Source: an uncultured Coprobacillus sp. (lineage in GTDB: Bacteria > Bacillota_I > Bacilli_A > ML615J-28 > CAG-698). Taken from it: a stretch of DNA of 64,000 nt. A model generated the notes under the pieces. It had not been told where the DNA came from. It saw only the letters and a list, made by a program, of their open reading frames with translations, and searched no databases. Made by a program: the position numbers and the translations under genes. The stretch covers positions 6,842 through 70,841 of the forward strand of contig CAYMGD010000005.1 in NCBI GenBank assembly GCA_964389905.1, given 5' to 3'. Positions 30,332 to 40,634 of this stretch are shown one piece after another (positions within the stretch are counted from its first letter, which is position 1; the number at the start of each line of letters is the position of its first letter).

Positions 30332-31702
30332 ATGGAAAAATCAATGGAAAAGTTTGTTTCGTTTTTGAAAAGTCAAGGATTTGTCTTTCAAGGAAGTGAA
30401 ATATATGGCGGTTTAGCAAACGCTTGGGATTATGGCCCATTAGGAGTTGAACTTTTAAATAATATAAAAAATGCTTGGTGGAAGAAATTTGTTCAAGAGT
30501 CACCATATAATGTAGGAATGGATAGTGCTATTCTTATGAATCCCAATGTATGGGTTGCAAGTGGTCACGTTGGAGGTTTTAGTGATCCTTTAACTGATTG
30601 TAAGAAGTGTGGAGCTCGTCATCGCGCTGATAAATTAATTGAAGATTTCACAAATGGTGAAATAACTGGTGATGGAATGAGCAATGAAGAAATAATGGAA
30701 TTTATTAGCAAAAATAATATTACTTGTCCTAAGTGTGGTGCAAGTGATTTTACACCAATAAGAAAATTTAATCTAATGTTTAAAACTAATCAAGGTGTAA
30801 TTGAAGATGAAAAGAATGCAGTTTATTTAAGACCAGAAACTGCTCAAGGTATTTTTGTTAATTTTAAGAATGTTCAAAGAACAACAAGAAAAAAGATTCC
30901 TTTTGGAATTGGTCAAATTGGCAAGAGTTTTCGTAATGAAATCACTCCTGGAAACTTTATTTTCCGTACTCGTGAATTTGAACAAATGGAATTAGAATTC
31001 TTCTGCAAACCTGGAACAGATTTAGAATGGTTTGATTACTGGAAAAAATATTGCTTAGATTTCTTAAGTTATATAGGTTTAAGAAGTGAATTAATAAGAT
31101 TTAGAGATCATTCACCTGAAGAATTATGTTTCTATTCAAAAGCTACTACAGACATCGAATTTAAGTTTTTCTTTGGCTGGGGTGAACTATGGGGTATAGC
31201 AGATAGAACTGATTATGATTTATCAACTCATATGAAACATTCAGGAGAAAGTCTAGAATATTTTGAAACAGAAACTAATACTAAATATATTCCATATGTT
31301 ATTGAACCATCATTAGGAGCTGGAAGATTATTCTTAGCTCTTCTAACAAGTGCTTATGAAGAAGAAGTTTTACCAAATGGTGAAACTCGTGAAGTGCTTC
31401 ATATTAAGCCTAGTTTAGCGCCTAAGAAAGTTGCTGTTTTGCCTTTGGTTAACAAATTATCAGCTGAGGCATTAAAAGTATATGAAACTCTTAACAAGGA
31501 ATTTGCTTGTGATTACGACACAAGTGGTCAAATTGGAAAGAGATATCGTCGTCAAGATGCTTGTGGAACTCCATTCTGTGTTACATTCGATTATGATTCA
31601 TTAGAAGATAACTGTGTAACGGTTAGAGAAAGAGATTCAATGACACAAGAAAGAGTTAAAATTGACGAATTAGTTGATTATATTACTAAAAAACTAAAAT
31701 AA
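30332..31702 (+). CDS. glyQS: glycine--tRNA ligase (alpha2 type)
   Basis: Class II motifs [21 protein letters not shown] and SLGAGRL. Length 456 aa. Confidence 0.95.
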   Translation: MEKSMEKFVSFLKSQGFVFQGSEIYGGLANAWDYGPLGVELLNNIKNAWWKKFVQESPYNVGMDSAILMNPNVWVASGHVGGFSDPLTDCKKCGARHRADKLIEDFTNGEITGDGMSNEEIMEFISKNNITCPKCGASDFTPIRKFNLMFKTNQGVIEDEKNAVYLRPETAQGIFVNFKNVQRTTRKKIPFGIGQIGKSFRNEITPGNFIFRTREFEQMELEFFCKPGTDLEWFDYWKKYCLDFLSYIGLRSELIRFRDHSPEELCFYSKATTDIEFKFFFGWGELWGIADRTDYDLSTHMKHSGESLEYFETETNTKYIPYVIEPSLGAGRLFLALLTSAYEEEVLPNGETREVLHIKPSLAPKKVAVLPLVNKLSAEALKVYETLNKEFACDYDTSGQIGKRYRRQDACGTPFCVTFDYDSLEDNCVTVRERDSMTQERVKIDELVDYITKKLK

Positions 31703-31719
31703 AATAGGAGATATTTTTT

Positions 31720-33501
31720 ATGGATGTTTCACAAAACGATAATTTACATGATTCACTTACCAAAAAAGTTCTTGAAAATTGTGATATAGTTCAAATAATT
31801 AGTGAATACATCACCTTAGAAAAGAAAGGAAATGATTATAAGGGACTTTGTCCATTTCATAATGATTCAAATCCTTCTTTATCTGTATCTCCTCAAAAAA
31901 AAGTGTTTAAATGTTTTAGTTGTAATACTGCAGGCAACGCTATAAACTTTGTACAAAAAATTGAAAATATTTCTTATTTTGATGCTTTGAAAAAAGTTGC
32001 TGAAAAAAGTGGCATAAAACTTGATATTAAAGAAAATCCACAAGAACAAAAAAAGAAAAAATATTACAAAATATTAGATGATGCTACATCTACTTATGAA
32101 TTTTTCTTAAAAAATACGACTGAAGGACAAAAAGCCTTAGAATACTTGCATAAAAGAAATATTACCGATGATATAATAAAAAGATTTAGAATTGGTTTAT
32201 CAAGTCATAATGATAATATTTTGTCTAAAGTATTACTTGAACAAAAAAAATATTTGCCATTAGACTTGAAAGAACTGGGATTAATTGATGATGCTAATAA
32301 AGACCTTTTCCACGGAAGAATAATGTTTCCAATTACCAACTTAAAAGGAAATATTGTTGGTTTTAGTGGACGTATTTATGATCGTGAATCAAATTCTAAA
32401 TATATGAATACGAAAGAAAATGAAATATTCAAGAAAAAAGATATTTTATTTAATTACTTTGATGCTCTAAATGATATTAAACTGAAAAATCATGTTTATA
32501 TCTTTGAAGGTTTTATGGATGTTATTGCCGCATATAGAGCAGGAATCAATAATGCAATAGCAACTATGGGTACTGCTTTAACTGAAAGCCAAATAGATAT
32601 CATCAAAGGACAAACAAATAATATTACAATTTGTTATGATGGAGATAATCCTGGAATAGAAGCAACTAAAAGAGCCATAAATTTATTTGCGAAGAAAGGC
32701 ATTGCTGTCTCAACGATTATCCTTCCTGAAGGATTAGACCCAGATGATTACATTAACAAAAAAGGTAAAGAAGCTTTTTGTGAATTATTAGAAAAACATC
32801 AAGTTAATTATCTTGATTATCTATATGAAATTGCAAAAAGAAAGTTAGATCGCAATAATCCTAATTCAATATTACAATTTCAAAAAGAAATTTATCAAAT
32901 TATTAAAGATTTAAAAAATGAGTCTTTGAAGACATATTTACTTAATAAATTAGAAATTGATTTATCCATTAATAGAAATAAATTAGAAATTGATTTAAAT
33001 AATTATAACAATAGTAATGTTGTTATTGAGCGAATCCGTAATGAGAATAAATCTCATAAGCAAACATTTGAAAAGAAAAATTATGAAGAAGCAGAAAAAG
33101 GGATAGTTTATTTATCATTTTACAACCGTGATGTTTGTCTTAAAGTTCAAAAGAAATTGGGAATTGATGAATTTATAAATTCTATTAATCGTAATATTCT
33201 TTTTGCTTTATATGAATATTATAATTTATCAAATGAAATGAATAAAGATGAATTTCTAAAATCACTAGAGCCTTTAGAATTAGACACTTTAAATACAATA
33301 ATTAACAGTTGCCAATTTTATACAGTAAAGTGTTTAGATGATTTCATAACTTATATGAAAAATGCTAATAACTATAAAACCGATATTTATTTGCGAAAAA
33401 AAATAAAAGATGAAACAAATAGTGAAAAATATCAACAATTCCTTGAAGAATTTGTGAGAAATAAAAAGAATCTAATCAAAGTTAAAAAGAATAAGGAGTG
33501 A
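31720..33501 (+). CDS. dnaG: DNA primase
   Basis: Zinc finger CPFHNDSNPSLSVSPQKKVFKCFSC. TOPRIM motifs EGFMDV and DGDNPG. Confidence 0.95.
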   Translation: MDVSQNDNLHDSLTKKVLENCDIVQIISEYITLEKKGNDYKGLCPFHNDSNPSLSVSPQKKVFKCFSCNTAGNAINFVQKIENISYFDALKKVAEKSGIKLDIKENPQEQKKKKYYKILDDATSTYEFFLKNTTEGQKALEYLHKRNITDDIIKRFRIGLSSHNDNILSKVLLEQKKYLPLDLKELGLIDDANKDLFHGRIMFPITNLKGNIVGFSGRIYDRESNSKYMNTKENEIFKKKDILFNYFDALNDIKLKNHVYIFEGFMDVIAAYRAGINNAIATMGTALTESQIDIIKGQTNNITICYDGDNPGIEATKRAINLFAKKGIAVSTIILPEGLDPDDYINKKGKEAFCELLEKHQVNYLDYLYEIAKRKLDRNNPNSILQFQKEIYQIIKDLKNESLKTYLLNKLEIDLSINRNKLEIDLNNYNNSNVVIERIRNENKSHKQTFEKKNYEEAEKGIVYLSFYNRDVCLKVQKKLGIDEFINSINRNILFALYEYYNLSNEMNKDEFLKSLEPLELDTLNTIINSCQFYTVKCLDDFITYMKNANNYKTDIYLRKKIKDETNSEKYQQFLEEFVRNKKNLIKVKKNKE

Positions 33502-33505
33502 TTTG

Positions 33506-34759
33506 ATGATTAATAATAACAAAGACTTGCAACAACTTTTTGAAGAAGGAAAGAAAAATGGCTTTGTAACTTTAAATAAGTTATTAAAAATTGTTGATGA
33601 GTCAAGTGAAGAATATGATGAATTTCTTGAAACATTAGATAATGAACAAATAGAATTGATTTCTGAAGAAGATGAAATTGCTACCAATTTAGATGATAGC
33701 GATAGTGATTTTGAGGGCTTCTTAGGAAAAATAGAAAACGATCCAGAGTTTGCTGAATTCTCTAATGAAATAGAAAATGAATTAAAAACTAAAGATATAG
33801 AAGATTTAGTTTCATCATCAACTATTATGTCTGCTGATGATCCAGTAAAAATGTATCTAAAAGAAATAGGTCAAATTCCTTTATTATCATCAACTAGAGA
33901 ACTAGAATTATCTCGTTCCATTCAAGAAGGTATATCAGCTGAAGAAATGCTTGCACAAATAAAAACGGGAAACAAAGAAGCTACACCTGAAGAAATTAAA
34001 AGATTAGAAGAAATTGAAACTGATGGTTTAGATGCCCAAGAAATACTTACAAATTCAAATTTGCGTTTAGTAGTAAGTATTGCTAAAAAATTTCTAGGAC
34101 GAGGTTTACCATTTGAAGATTTAATCCAAGAAGGTAATATGGGACTAATGAAAGCAGTAAAGAAATTCGATCCAACTAAAGGCTTTAAGTTTTCAACTTA
34201 TGCAACATGGTGGATTAAACAATCAATTACTCGTTCGATAGCTGACCAGTCACGTACAATTAGAATTCCTGTTCATATGGGAGAACAAATTAATCGTATG
34301 ATTAAAACGCAAAGACGCTTAACACAAGAGTTACAAAGAGAACCTACGGAGCAAGAACTTGCTGAAGCTTTAGGTGAAAAAGTTGAAAAAATTAGAAGAA
34401 TGCAAAAAGCAGCCCTTGAACCAGTTTCAACTGATAAAGCAATAGGTGAGGAAGAGGATTCAACACTACTTGACTTTTTCCCTGATACTGAAAATCTTAA
34501 TCCTTTAGAATATACAATGAATGAAAAATTTAAAGAAGAAATAGATAGTTTTCTTAAAGAATTACTTCCAAGAGAAGAAAAAGTTATCAGATTGCGTTAT
34601 GGTTTAGAAGATGGTCGTTCACACACATTAGAAGAAGTTGGTAAAGAATTTAATGTTACAAGAGAACGCATTAGACAAATTGAAGCTAAAGCAATTAGAA
34701 GATTACGCCATCCTTCACGACAAAGAAGACTGCGAAGTTTAAAAGGTTACACTGAATAA
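33506..34759 (+). CDS. sigA: RNA polymerase sigma-70 family, primary-type (copy 1)
   Basis: Regions 1.2-4.2 are present: [62 protein letters not shown]. dnaG-sigA gene order. Confidence 0.9.
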   Translation: MINNNKDLQQLFEEGKKNGFVTLNKLLKIVDESSEEYDEFLETLDNEQIELISEEDEIATNLDDSDSDFEGFLGKIENDPEFAEFSNEIENELKTKDIEDLVSSSTIMSADDPVKMYLKEIGQIPLLSSTRELELSRSIQEGISAEEMLAQIKTGNKEATPEEIKRLEEIETDGLDAQEILTNSNLRLVVSIAKKFLGRGLPFEDLIQEGNMGLMKAVKKFDPTKGFKFSTYATWWIKQSITRSIADQSRTIRIPVHMGEQINRMIKTQRRLTQELQREPTEQELAEALGEKVEKIRRMQKAALEPVSTDKAIGEEEDSTLLDFFPDTENLNPLEYTMNEKFKEEIDSFLKELLPREEKVIRLRYGLEDGRSHTLEEVGKEFNVTRERIRQIEAKAIRRLRHPSRQRRLRSLKGYTE

Positions 34760-34801
34760 AAATCTGACTTAATACAATAATAATAGTAAGGAGGAATTCA
34801 A

Positions 34802-36055
34802 ATGATTACTGATAACAAAGAATTGATAAAACTTGTTGAAGAAGCAAGACAGAATGGAGTAATCCAACTTGAAAAAGTTTTAAAAATAATCGATGAATCA
34901 AGCAATGAATATGATGAATTACTTGATTTACTTGACGCAGAAGAAATAGAAATTGTCTTTGATTCAGAAATGAACAATGAACTTGAAAGTATCGATGATG
35001 ATTTTGAAGGCTTCTTAGACAAACTAGAAAGCGATCCAGAATTTGCGGAATTTTCTAATGAAATAGAAAACGAATTAAAAACTAAAGACATAGAGGATTT
35101 AGTTTCTTCAACAATGATAATATCGGCTGATGATCCTGTTAAGATGTATCTTAAGGAAATCGGACAGATTCCTTTGTTATCAACAGCAAGAGAATTAGAA
35201 CTAGCTAGAGCAATTCATGAAGGTTTATCTGCTGAAGAAATGTTAAAAATGGCAGATGAAGGTTTGAAAGAAATTGATCCTGAATTAATGGAAAAATATA
35301 AAGTACTAGTTGATGAAGGTCATGATGCTGAAGAGATATTGATTAATTCAAATTTACGTTTAGTAGTAAGTATTGCTAAAAAATTCTTAGGACGTGGAAT
35401 GCATTTAGAAGACTTAATTCAAGAAGGCAATATGGGCTTAATGAAAGCAGTCAAAAAGTTCGATTCCACAAAAGGCTTTAAATTCTCTACATATGCTACT
35501 TGGTGGATAAAACAATCTATTACCAGAGCAATAGCTGACCAAGCACGTACTATAAGAATCCCTGTTCATATGGGAGAACAAATAAATAGAATGATTAGAA
35601 CGCAAAGAAAAATGGCTCAAGAGTTACAAAGAGAACCAACAGATGAAGAATTAGCTGCTGAGTTAGGTGAAAAAATCTCTAAAGTACGAATGATGCAAAA
35701 AGCAGCTTTGGAAACTATCTCAACAGATAAAGCTCGAGGTGAAGATGAAGATACCACATTACTAGATTTCTTCCCCGATAATGATACCTTAAACCCATTA
35801 GAATATACTATGAATCAAAAATTTAAGGAAGAAATGGATAAACTCTTAAGCGAACTTTCCCCAAGAGAAGAAAGAGTTTTGAAACTAAGATATGGTTTAG
35901 AAGATGGTAGAACACATACTCTTGAAGAAGTTGGCAAAGAATTTAATGTTACTAGAGAACGCATCAGACAAATTGAAGCTAAGGCTATTAGGCGCTTACG
36001 TCATCCATCAAAAAGAAATAGAATTAATATAATTAAAGGATATTTAAATAGTTAA
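34802..36055 (+). CDS. RNA polymerase sigma-70 family, primary-type (tandem paralogue, copy 2)
   Basis: Same domain set as copy 1, with identical region 2.4 and 4.2 recognition segments. Has its own RBS AAGGAGG. Confidence 0.9.
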   Translation: MITDNKELIKLVEEARQNGVIQLEKVLKIIDESSNEYDELLDLLDAEEIEIVFDSEMNNELESIDDDFEGFLDKLESDPEFAEFSNEIENELKTKDIEDLVSSTMIISADDPVKMYLKEIGQIPLLSTARELELARAIHEGLSAEEMLKMADEGLKEIDPELMEKYKVLVDEGHDAEEILINSNLRLVVSIAKKFLGRGMHLEDLIQEGNMGLMKAVKKFDSTKGFKFSTYATWWIKQSITRAIADQARTIRIPVHMGEQINRMIRTQRKMAQELQREPTDEELAAELGEKISKVRMMQKAALETISTDKARGEDEDTTLLDFFPDNDTLNPLEYTMNQKFKEEMDKLLSELSPREERVLKLRYGLEDGRTHTLEEVGKEFNVTRERIRQIEAKAIRRLRHPSKRNRINIIKGYLNS

Positions 36056-36080
36056 ACTTTCCATAACGGAGAGTTTTTTA
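36054..36080 (+). terminator. rho-independent terminator after the second sigma gene
   Basis: AAACTTTCC-loop-GGAGAGTTT followed by a T-run. Confidence 0.6.
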
Positions 36081-36108
36081 TTGATTTTTTTTTTTTTTAG
36101 TTTATAAT
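36081..36108 (+). promoter_or_regulatory. sigma-A-type promoter whose spacer is a T14 homopolymer
   Basis: TTGATT (36081-36086), 16-nt spacer consisting of T12 followed by AGTT, TATAAT (36103-36108). The uninterrupted T-run spans 36085-36098. Confidence 0.5.
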
Positions 36109-36127
36109 TATAAGTGGAGGTAGAAAT

Positions 36128-37243
36128 ATGAAAAAATTATTATTAAATTATTTATTAATAGCGATTTGTCTTCACTTTTTATGTGTTGATTGGAGTGTAA
36201 TTTGTGAAGAAAAATTTTATGGGAATGATGAGATTGTTTCTGCACAATCACTAGGTTTTACTCCATATAATTCAGCAACAACAATGTATAGTTATTTCAA
36301 AAATTTAACAACAAACATTGGTAATAATGAAACTTCTTCATCGTGCGGATATGTTGCATTAGCAATGCTGTTAAATTATTATGATACGTTTTTAAACGAC
36401 AATATTGTTGAAGAGAAGTATGAGGTTGATGCAAACTTTAATGATGATACTGATAAATATTCAGTTAGTTCGCCAGGTACAAATTATGAAGCAAATTATG
36501 AACCAACTGATGATTATGATGTTGCAGGATATATGAATTATTTACGTACAAACTATGTTGATTCATCTTTACATGCAAAACTTGCACTAATTGGTACGAA
36601 TTCGTTAACAAGTAATCCTTCTAACTTAGGAACTTTTAGAGAAACATTTGGTACCACAAAGACAATTATTAACAATACAATTAATAATTACTTTGATCAG
36701 TTACCTACTTCAATTTCTTTTACAATTTCCCAAAAAACTCTTCCGAATAATGCAACTAATAATGACTATGAAGAACTTAATAGTTTTATTATATCGTGCA
36801 TAAATCAAGGGAAACCTGTTTTAGCTGGAATGAATAATGGTTTCAACGGTCACGCCGTTATAATATATGGATATAATAATTCAAAATTTGTTTATCATGA
36901 TGGATATTTAAATAGATCTGAAGTTGCTAGCATGTGGCCAACTTCTTCAACAATATTAGGAACAAATGTTTCTCGTATATCATATGCAATGTCGCTTGAT
37001 TTTAATCTAGAGCATAGCTGCTCATATCATTATTATAATTCGTCGAATGGCAATAGTTATTGTTATTGTGGACAATATATTCACAGTACTCACGTATATA
37101 CTGATTCATATGTTTACTATTCAAATAATTATCATAAAGCATGTTGCCATTGTGGCGAATATAAATTACAGCTTCATAATTATAGAGCAAATATTAATGT
37201 TGGAATAGATTGCCCGTGTGGTGCTGAAAATCCATTTATATAG
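36128..37243 (+). CDS. secreted papain-fold (C39-like) cysteine peptidase with Cys/His-rich C-terminal tail
   Basis: Signal peptide. Candidate nucleophile SSSCGYVALAMLLNYYD and candidate His NGHAVIIYGYN. The tail carries HxxY...CxCG...H repeats. Confidence 0.5.
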   Translation: MKKLLLNYLLIAICLHFLCVDWSVICEEKFYGNDEIVSAQSLGFTPYNSATTMYSYFKNLTTNIGNNETSSSCGYVALAMLLNYYDTFLNDNIVEEKYEVDANFNDDTDKYSVSSPGTNYEANYEPTDDYDVAGYMNYLRTNYVDSSLHAKLALIGTNSLTSNPSNLGTFRETFGTTKTIINNTINNYFDQLPTSISFTISQKTLPNNATNNDYEELNSFIISCINQGKPVLAGMNNGFNGHAVIIYGYNNSKFVYHDGYLNRSEVASMWPTSSTILGTNVSRISYAMSLDFNLEHSCSYHYYNSSNGNSYCYCGQYIHSTHVYTDSYVYYSNNYHKACCHCGEYKLQLHNYRANINVGIDCPCGAENPFI

Positions 37244-37254
37244 GAGGTAGAAAT

Positions 37255-38541
37255 ATGAAAAAAATAATATCTATTTTTATTTTATTAATAACAATATTTT
37301 TGTTTTCTGGATGTTCTGAAGAAACAATAAAAGTATGCTTTGAAACAAATGGTGGTAATGAAATTACTGCTATAGAATTAAAAAATAACAAATTAAATGA
37401 TTTTAGTTTACCAAATAATCCAGTTAAAGATGGCTATACATTTAAAGGTTGGTATTTAGATAGTGATTTTAAAGAAGAATTTAAATCATTAGATGATATG
37501 AATAAAGATGTTACATTATATGCTAAGTGGGAAGAAATAAAGGAGTATACAATTACATTAATTGATGGGGATAACTGTCAATACCTTAAGATTAAAGAAG
37601 GTGAAAAATTAGCAGAACCTAAAGTAACTGAAAGTAAAGAATATGAATTCTTTGGTTGGTATAATGATGAAATAAAATTTGATTTTGATTCTATTATTAC
37701 AAGTGATTTAACGTTAAATGCAAAATGGGGTACCATTTTAACTCCATTTAATGAAAATAAAACAATAGTTGATAAAGATTACATAACTAAATATTCTGAA
37801 GGAAATGTATTAAAAATCAATAAGCTAATTAAAATAATTTATTCATCAGATATTAATTCCTCTAATGTAAAAAAAATATATTTTGAAGGGACAGAAGAAG
37901 ATTTTCGAAATATAGAAATTATTAGTGCATTTAATGATGATATTCAAATTTATATCAATAATGAACCGATTAATTTTTCTATTGTTTCATCAGAATCTAT
38001 AGCCGAGGAAAATGTAAATATAAAAATAATCATTTATTTAAATAATGACTATCAAAATGAAAATACATATGTTTTACCTAAAAATAGTAAAGTAACTTAT
38101 GATTATTTTGATGAAATAATACATAATGCCCCAGTATTTCACAGTTTCAATGATCTAGGAAATACAACATTTGAATTTTATGAAGATGAACAAAAGAACA
38201 AAAAAATAGATTTTAGTTTCTTTAATAATCTAACTGATGATGCAACGATTTATGTATTCTTTGAAGAAGAAGCTGACTTTTTACAAAATATGCAAGGAAT
38301 ATTAAAATCGTATAATGGTGATGAATGCATAATTAATGATTGTGAGATAACTATTTTAGGTAAAACATATTCTTTAGAAGCTAATTCTTGGGGAAAAAAT
38401 GTAATTACTTATCAATATTATGATGAATTTATTTTTTTAACTTTAGGGGTATATTTTGTTAATCAAAAAAATTGTTTAAGCATAATGATATTTGATAATA
38501 AAAATGAAGAAATACAATTTAATTATTTCTTTTTAGAATAA
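37255..38541 (+). CDS. lipoprotein with Listeria-Bacteroides (InlB B-repeat-like) repeats
   Basis: Lipobox LFSGC. Repeats DGYTFKGWYLDSDFKEEF and EYEFFGWYNDE. Confidence 0.6.
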   Translation: MKKIISIFILLITIFLFSGCSEETIKVCFETNGGNEITAIELKNNKLNDFSLPNNPVKDGYTFKGWYLDSDFKEEFKSLDDMNKDVTLYAKWEEIKEYTITLIDGDNCQYLKIKEGEKLAEPKVTESKEYEFFGWYNDEIKFDFDSIITSDLTLNAKWGTILTPFNENKTIVDKDYITKYSEGNVLKINKLIKIIYSSDINSSNVKKIYFEGTEEDFRNIEIISAFNDDIQIYINNEPINFSIVSSESIAEENVNIKIIIYLNNDYQNENTYVLPKNSKVTYDYFDEIIHNAPVFHSFNDLGNTTFEFYEDEQKNKKIDFSFFNNLTDDATIYVFFEEEADFLQNMQGILKSYNGDECIINDCEITILGKTYSLEANSWGKNVITYQYYDEFIFLTLGVYFVNQKNCLSIMIFDNKNEEIQFNYFFLE

Positions 38542-38551
38542 TTTAGAATTT

Positions 38552-38580
38552 AAGAGGTAGAACTTTTCTATCTCTTTTTA
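38552..38580 (+). terminator. rho-independent terminator after the lipoprotein gene
   Basis: 10-bp stem AAGAGGTAGA/TCTATCTCTT followed by a T-run. Confidence 0.7.
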
Positions 38581-38662
38581 TGACTCTTTTTATTAAAAAT
38601 CACTTTAAAATTATTAAATTATATGATATTATATTTACATTAAAACTTATTAGGAGGTTATT

Positions 38663-39994
38663 ATGAGTCAAAAATTAACTAATCAATTCTTTAATAAAAG
38701 TATGGAAAAATACCAAAAATGTTGTAAAAATGATGTTTTAAGACACGCTCTTTCAAAGAGTCAAATTAATAATATTGTTAGAAGTCAAGATAATCTATTT
38801 GATACAAATTATGCATTTTCCATCGATATTCCTACAATGTCTTGTGCAAACCAAAAATCTTCTGGTCGTTGTTGGATTTTTGCAGGTTTAAACGTTTTAA
38901 GAGAAATAGTTGCTAAAGAGTGTCAAATAAAAGAATTTGAATTATCACAAAGCTATGTAGCTTTTTATGATAAACTAGAAAAAATTAATTATAAATTAGA
39001 AGCCTTTATCAAACTTATTGATAAGAGCCCTGAAGATCGCACATATTCATTCCTTTTAAATTCAGGAATTGAAGATGGTGGACAATGGGATATGTTTGTT
39101 AATGTTATCAAAAAGTATGGCATTGTTCCTCAAAATGTTTTTCCTGAAACATATCAAAGCAGTAACACATATGCTTTAAATAGTTTAATTAATGTTGAAT
39201 TAAGAAAATTTGCTAGCATTTCTCAAAAGTTATACAAAGAATCAGGAATCGAAAAAGTTAGAGAATATAAAGATAATCTGTTAGAAAAACTTTATATTTT
39301 CTTAATTAATTGTTATGGTAAACCTGTAGAAAAGTTTGATTTTGAATATGTTGATAAAGATGGTAATCACCACTACGAAAAAGATTATACTCCTTTATCA
39401 TTCTTTGATAAATTTGTTGGTGAAAAAATTAATGATTATGTAAGTATAATTAATGCTCCAACTAAAGATAAACCATTCTATGAAACTTATACAATCGATT
39501 TCTTAGGAAATGTTATTGAAGGTAAAGAAATTTGTCACTTAAATCTTCCAATTGCAAGATTTAAAGAATTGGTTTTAGCACAATTAAAGAATAAAGAAGT
39601 TGTTTGGTTTGGTTGTGACTGTGGAAAGTATGCTGATCGAGAAGATTGCTTATGGGATATTGATTTATTCGATTATGCAACACCATTTGAACTTGATTAC
39701 AAAATAGCTAAAGAAGAGGCTTTGGATTATCATATTAGTACGATGGACCACGCAATGGTTTTCACAGGAGTTTCTTTAGATGGCGATAAACCTCTCAAGT
39801 GGAAAGTTGAGAACAGTTGGGGAACAGAAAAGGTAAACAAAGGATACTATGTAATGAAAGATTCTTGGTTTGATATGTATGTTTACCAAGCAGTTGTCAA
39901 TAAAAAATACTTTAGTGAGAAAGAATTAGCTGCATACGAAAAGAGAATTAATGTTCTTAAACCTTGGGATCCAATGGGATCTTTAGCAAAATAA
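38663..39994 (+). CDS. pepC: aminopeptidase C (bleomycin hydrolase family, C1B)
   Basis: NQKSSGRCWIFAGLN, DHAMVFTG and ENSWG. Confidence 0.9.
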   Translation: MSQKLTNQFFNKSMEKYQKCCKNDVLRHALSKSQINNIVRSQDNLFDTNYAFSIDIPTMSCANQKSSGRCWIFAGLNVLREIVAKECQIKEFELSQSYVAFYDKLEKINYKLEAFIKLIDKSPEDRTYSFLLNSGIEDGGQWDMFVNVIKKYGIVPQNVFPETYQSSNTYALNSLINVELRKFASISQKLYKESGIEKVREYKDNLLEKLYIFLINCYGKPVEKFDFEYVDKDGNHHYEKDYTPLSFFDKFVGEKINDYVSIINAPTKDKPFYETYTIDFLGNVIEGKEICHLNLPIARFKELVLAQLKNKEVVWFGCDCGKYADREDCLWDIDLFDYATPFELDYKIAKEEALDYHISTMDHAMVFTGVSLDGDKPLKWKVENSWGTEKVNKGYYVMKDSWFDMYVYQAVVNKKYFSEKELAAYEKRINVLKPWDPMGSLAK

Positions 39995-39995
39995 T

Positions 39996-40634
39996 ATGGA
40001 ACGTTTAAAGCGTATAGCAACATATTTATCGCCATATACGCACATTGCTGATATTGGCTGTGATCACGGCTACTTAATTATTGAAGCATACAAATTAAGA
40101 GATGATTTTAATTTTATAGCAATTGATAATAAAAAAGGTCCTTTAGAATCTTGCATTACAAATATTTCTCCCAAGCCTTATTTTGATAAAGTAAGATTTA
40201 GTCTTTCAAGTGGTATTAAAGATATTGATGACAAAACAGAAGTTGTTGTTTTAGCAGGAATGGGAGGAATGCTTGTTTGTGACATTCTAAAAGATAACTT
40301 GAGAAATGTAAAAAGAATTATTACTTGTGCTAATAGAGATAATTATGAAGTTCGTAAGTTTATTTCTTCATTAAGTTATAAAGTATCAAATGAAGAAATT
40401 GTTTATGATAAAAATAAATATTATCAGTTAATAGTATTTGATAAATGTAATAATTATCAAAACTATTCAGAAACAGAATTAACTTATGGACCTAAACTAT
40501 TATCTGAAAAAAATAAACTTTTTATTGATTATCTTACAAATGAATTAGAACAATTAGAAAAAATACCAGTTCAAACAGAAAAAAAACTAAATAAAATTAA
40601 TGTTATAAAAGGAATTTTATATGATTGTAAATAA
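39996..40634 (+). CDS. trmK: tRNA (adenine22-N1)-methyltransferase
   Basis: IADIGCDHGYL and LAGMGG motifs, followed by the Nif3-family gene as in B. subtilis yqfN-yqfO. Confidence 0.8.
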   Translation: MERLKRIATYLSPYTHIADIGCDHGYLIIEAYKLRDDFNFIAIDNKKGPLESCITNISPKPYFDKVRFSLSSGIKDIDDKTEVVVLAGMGGMLVCDILKDNLRNVKRIITCANRDNYEVRKFISSLSYKVSNEEIVYDKNKYYQLIVFDKCNNYQNYSETELTYGPKLLSEKNKLFIDYLTNELEQLEKIPVQTEKKLNKINVIKGILYDCK

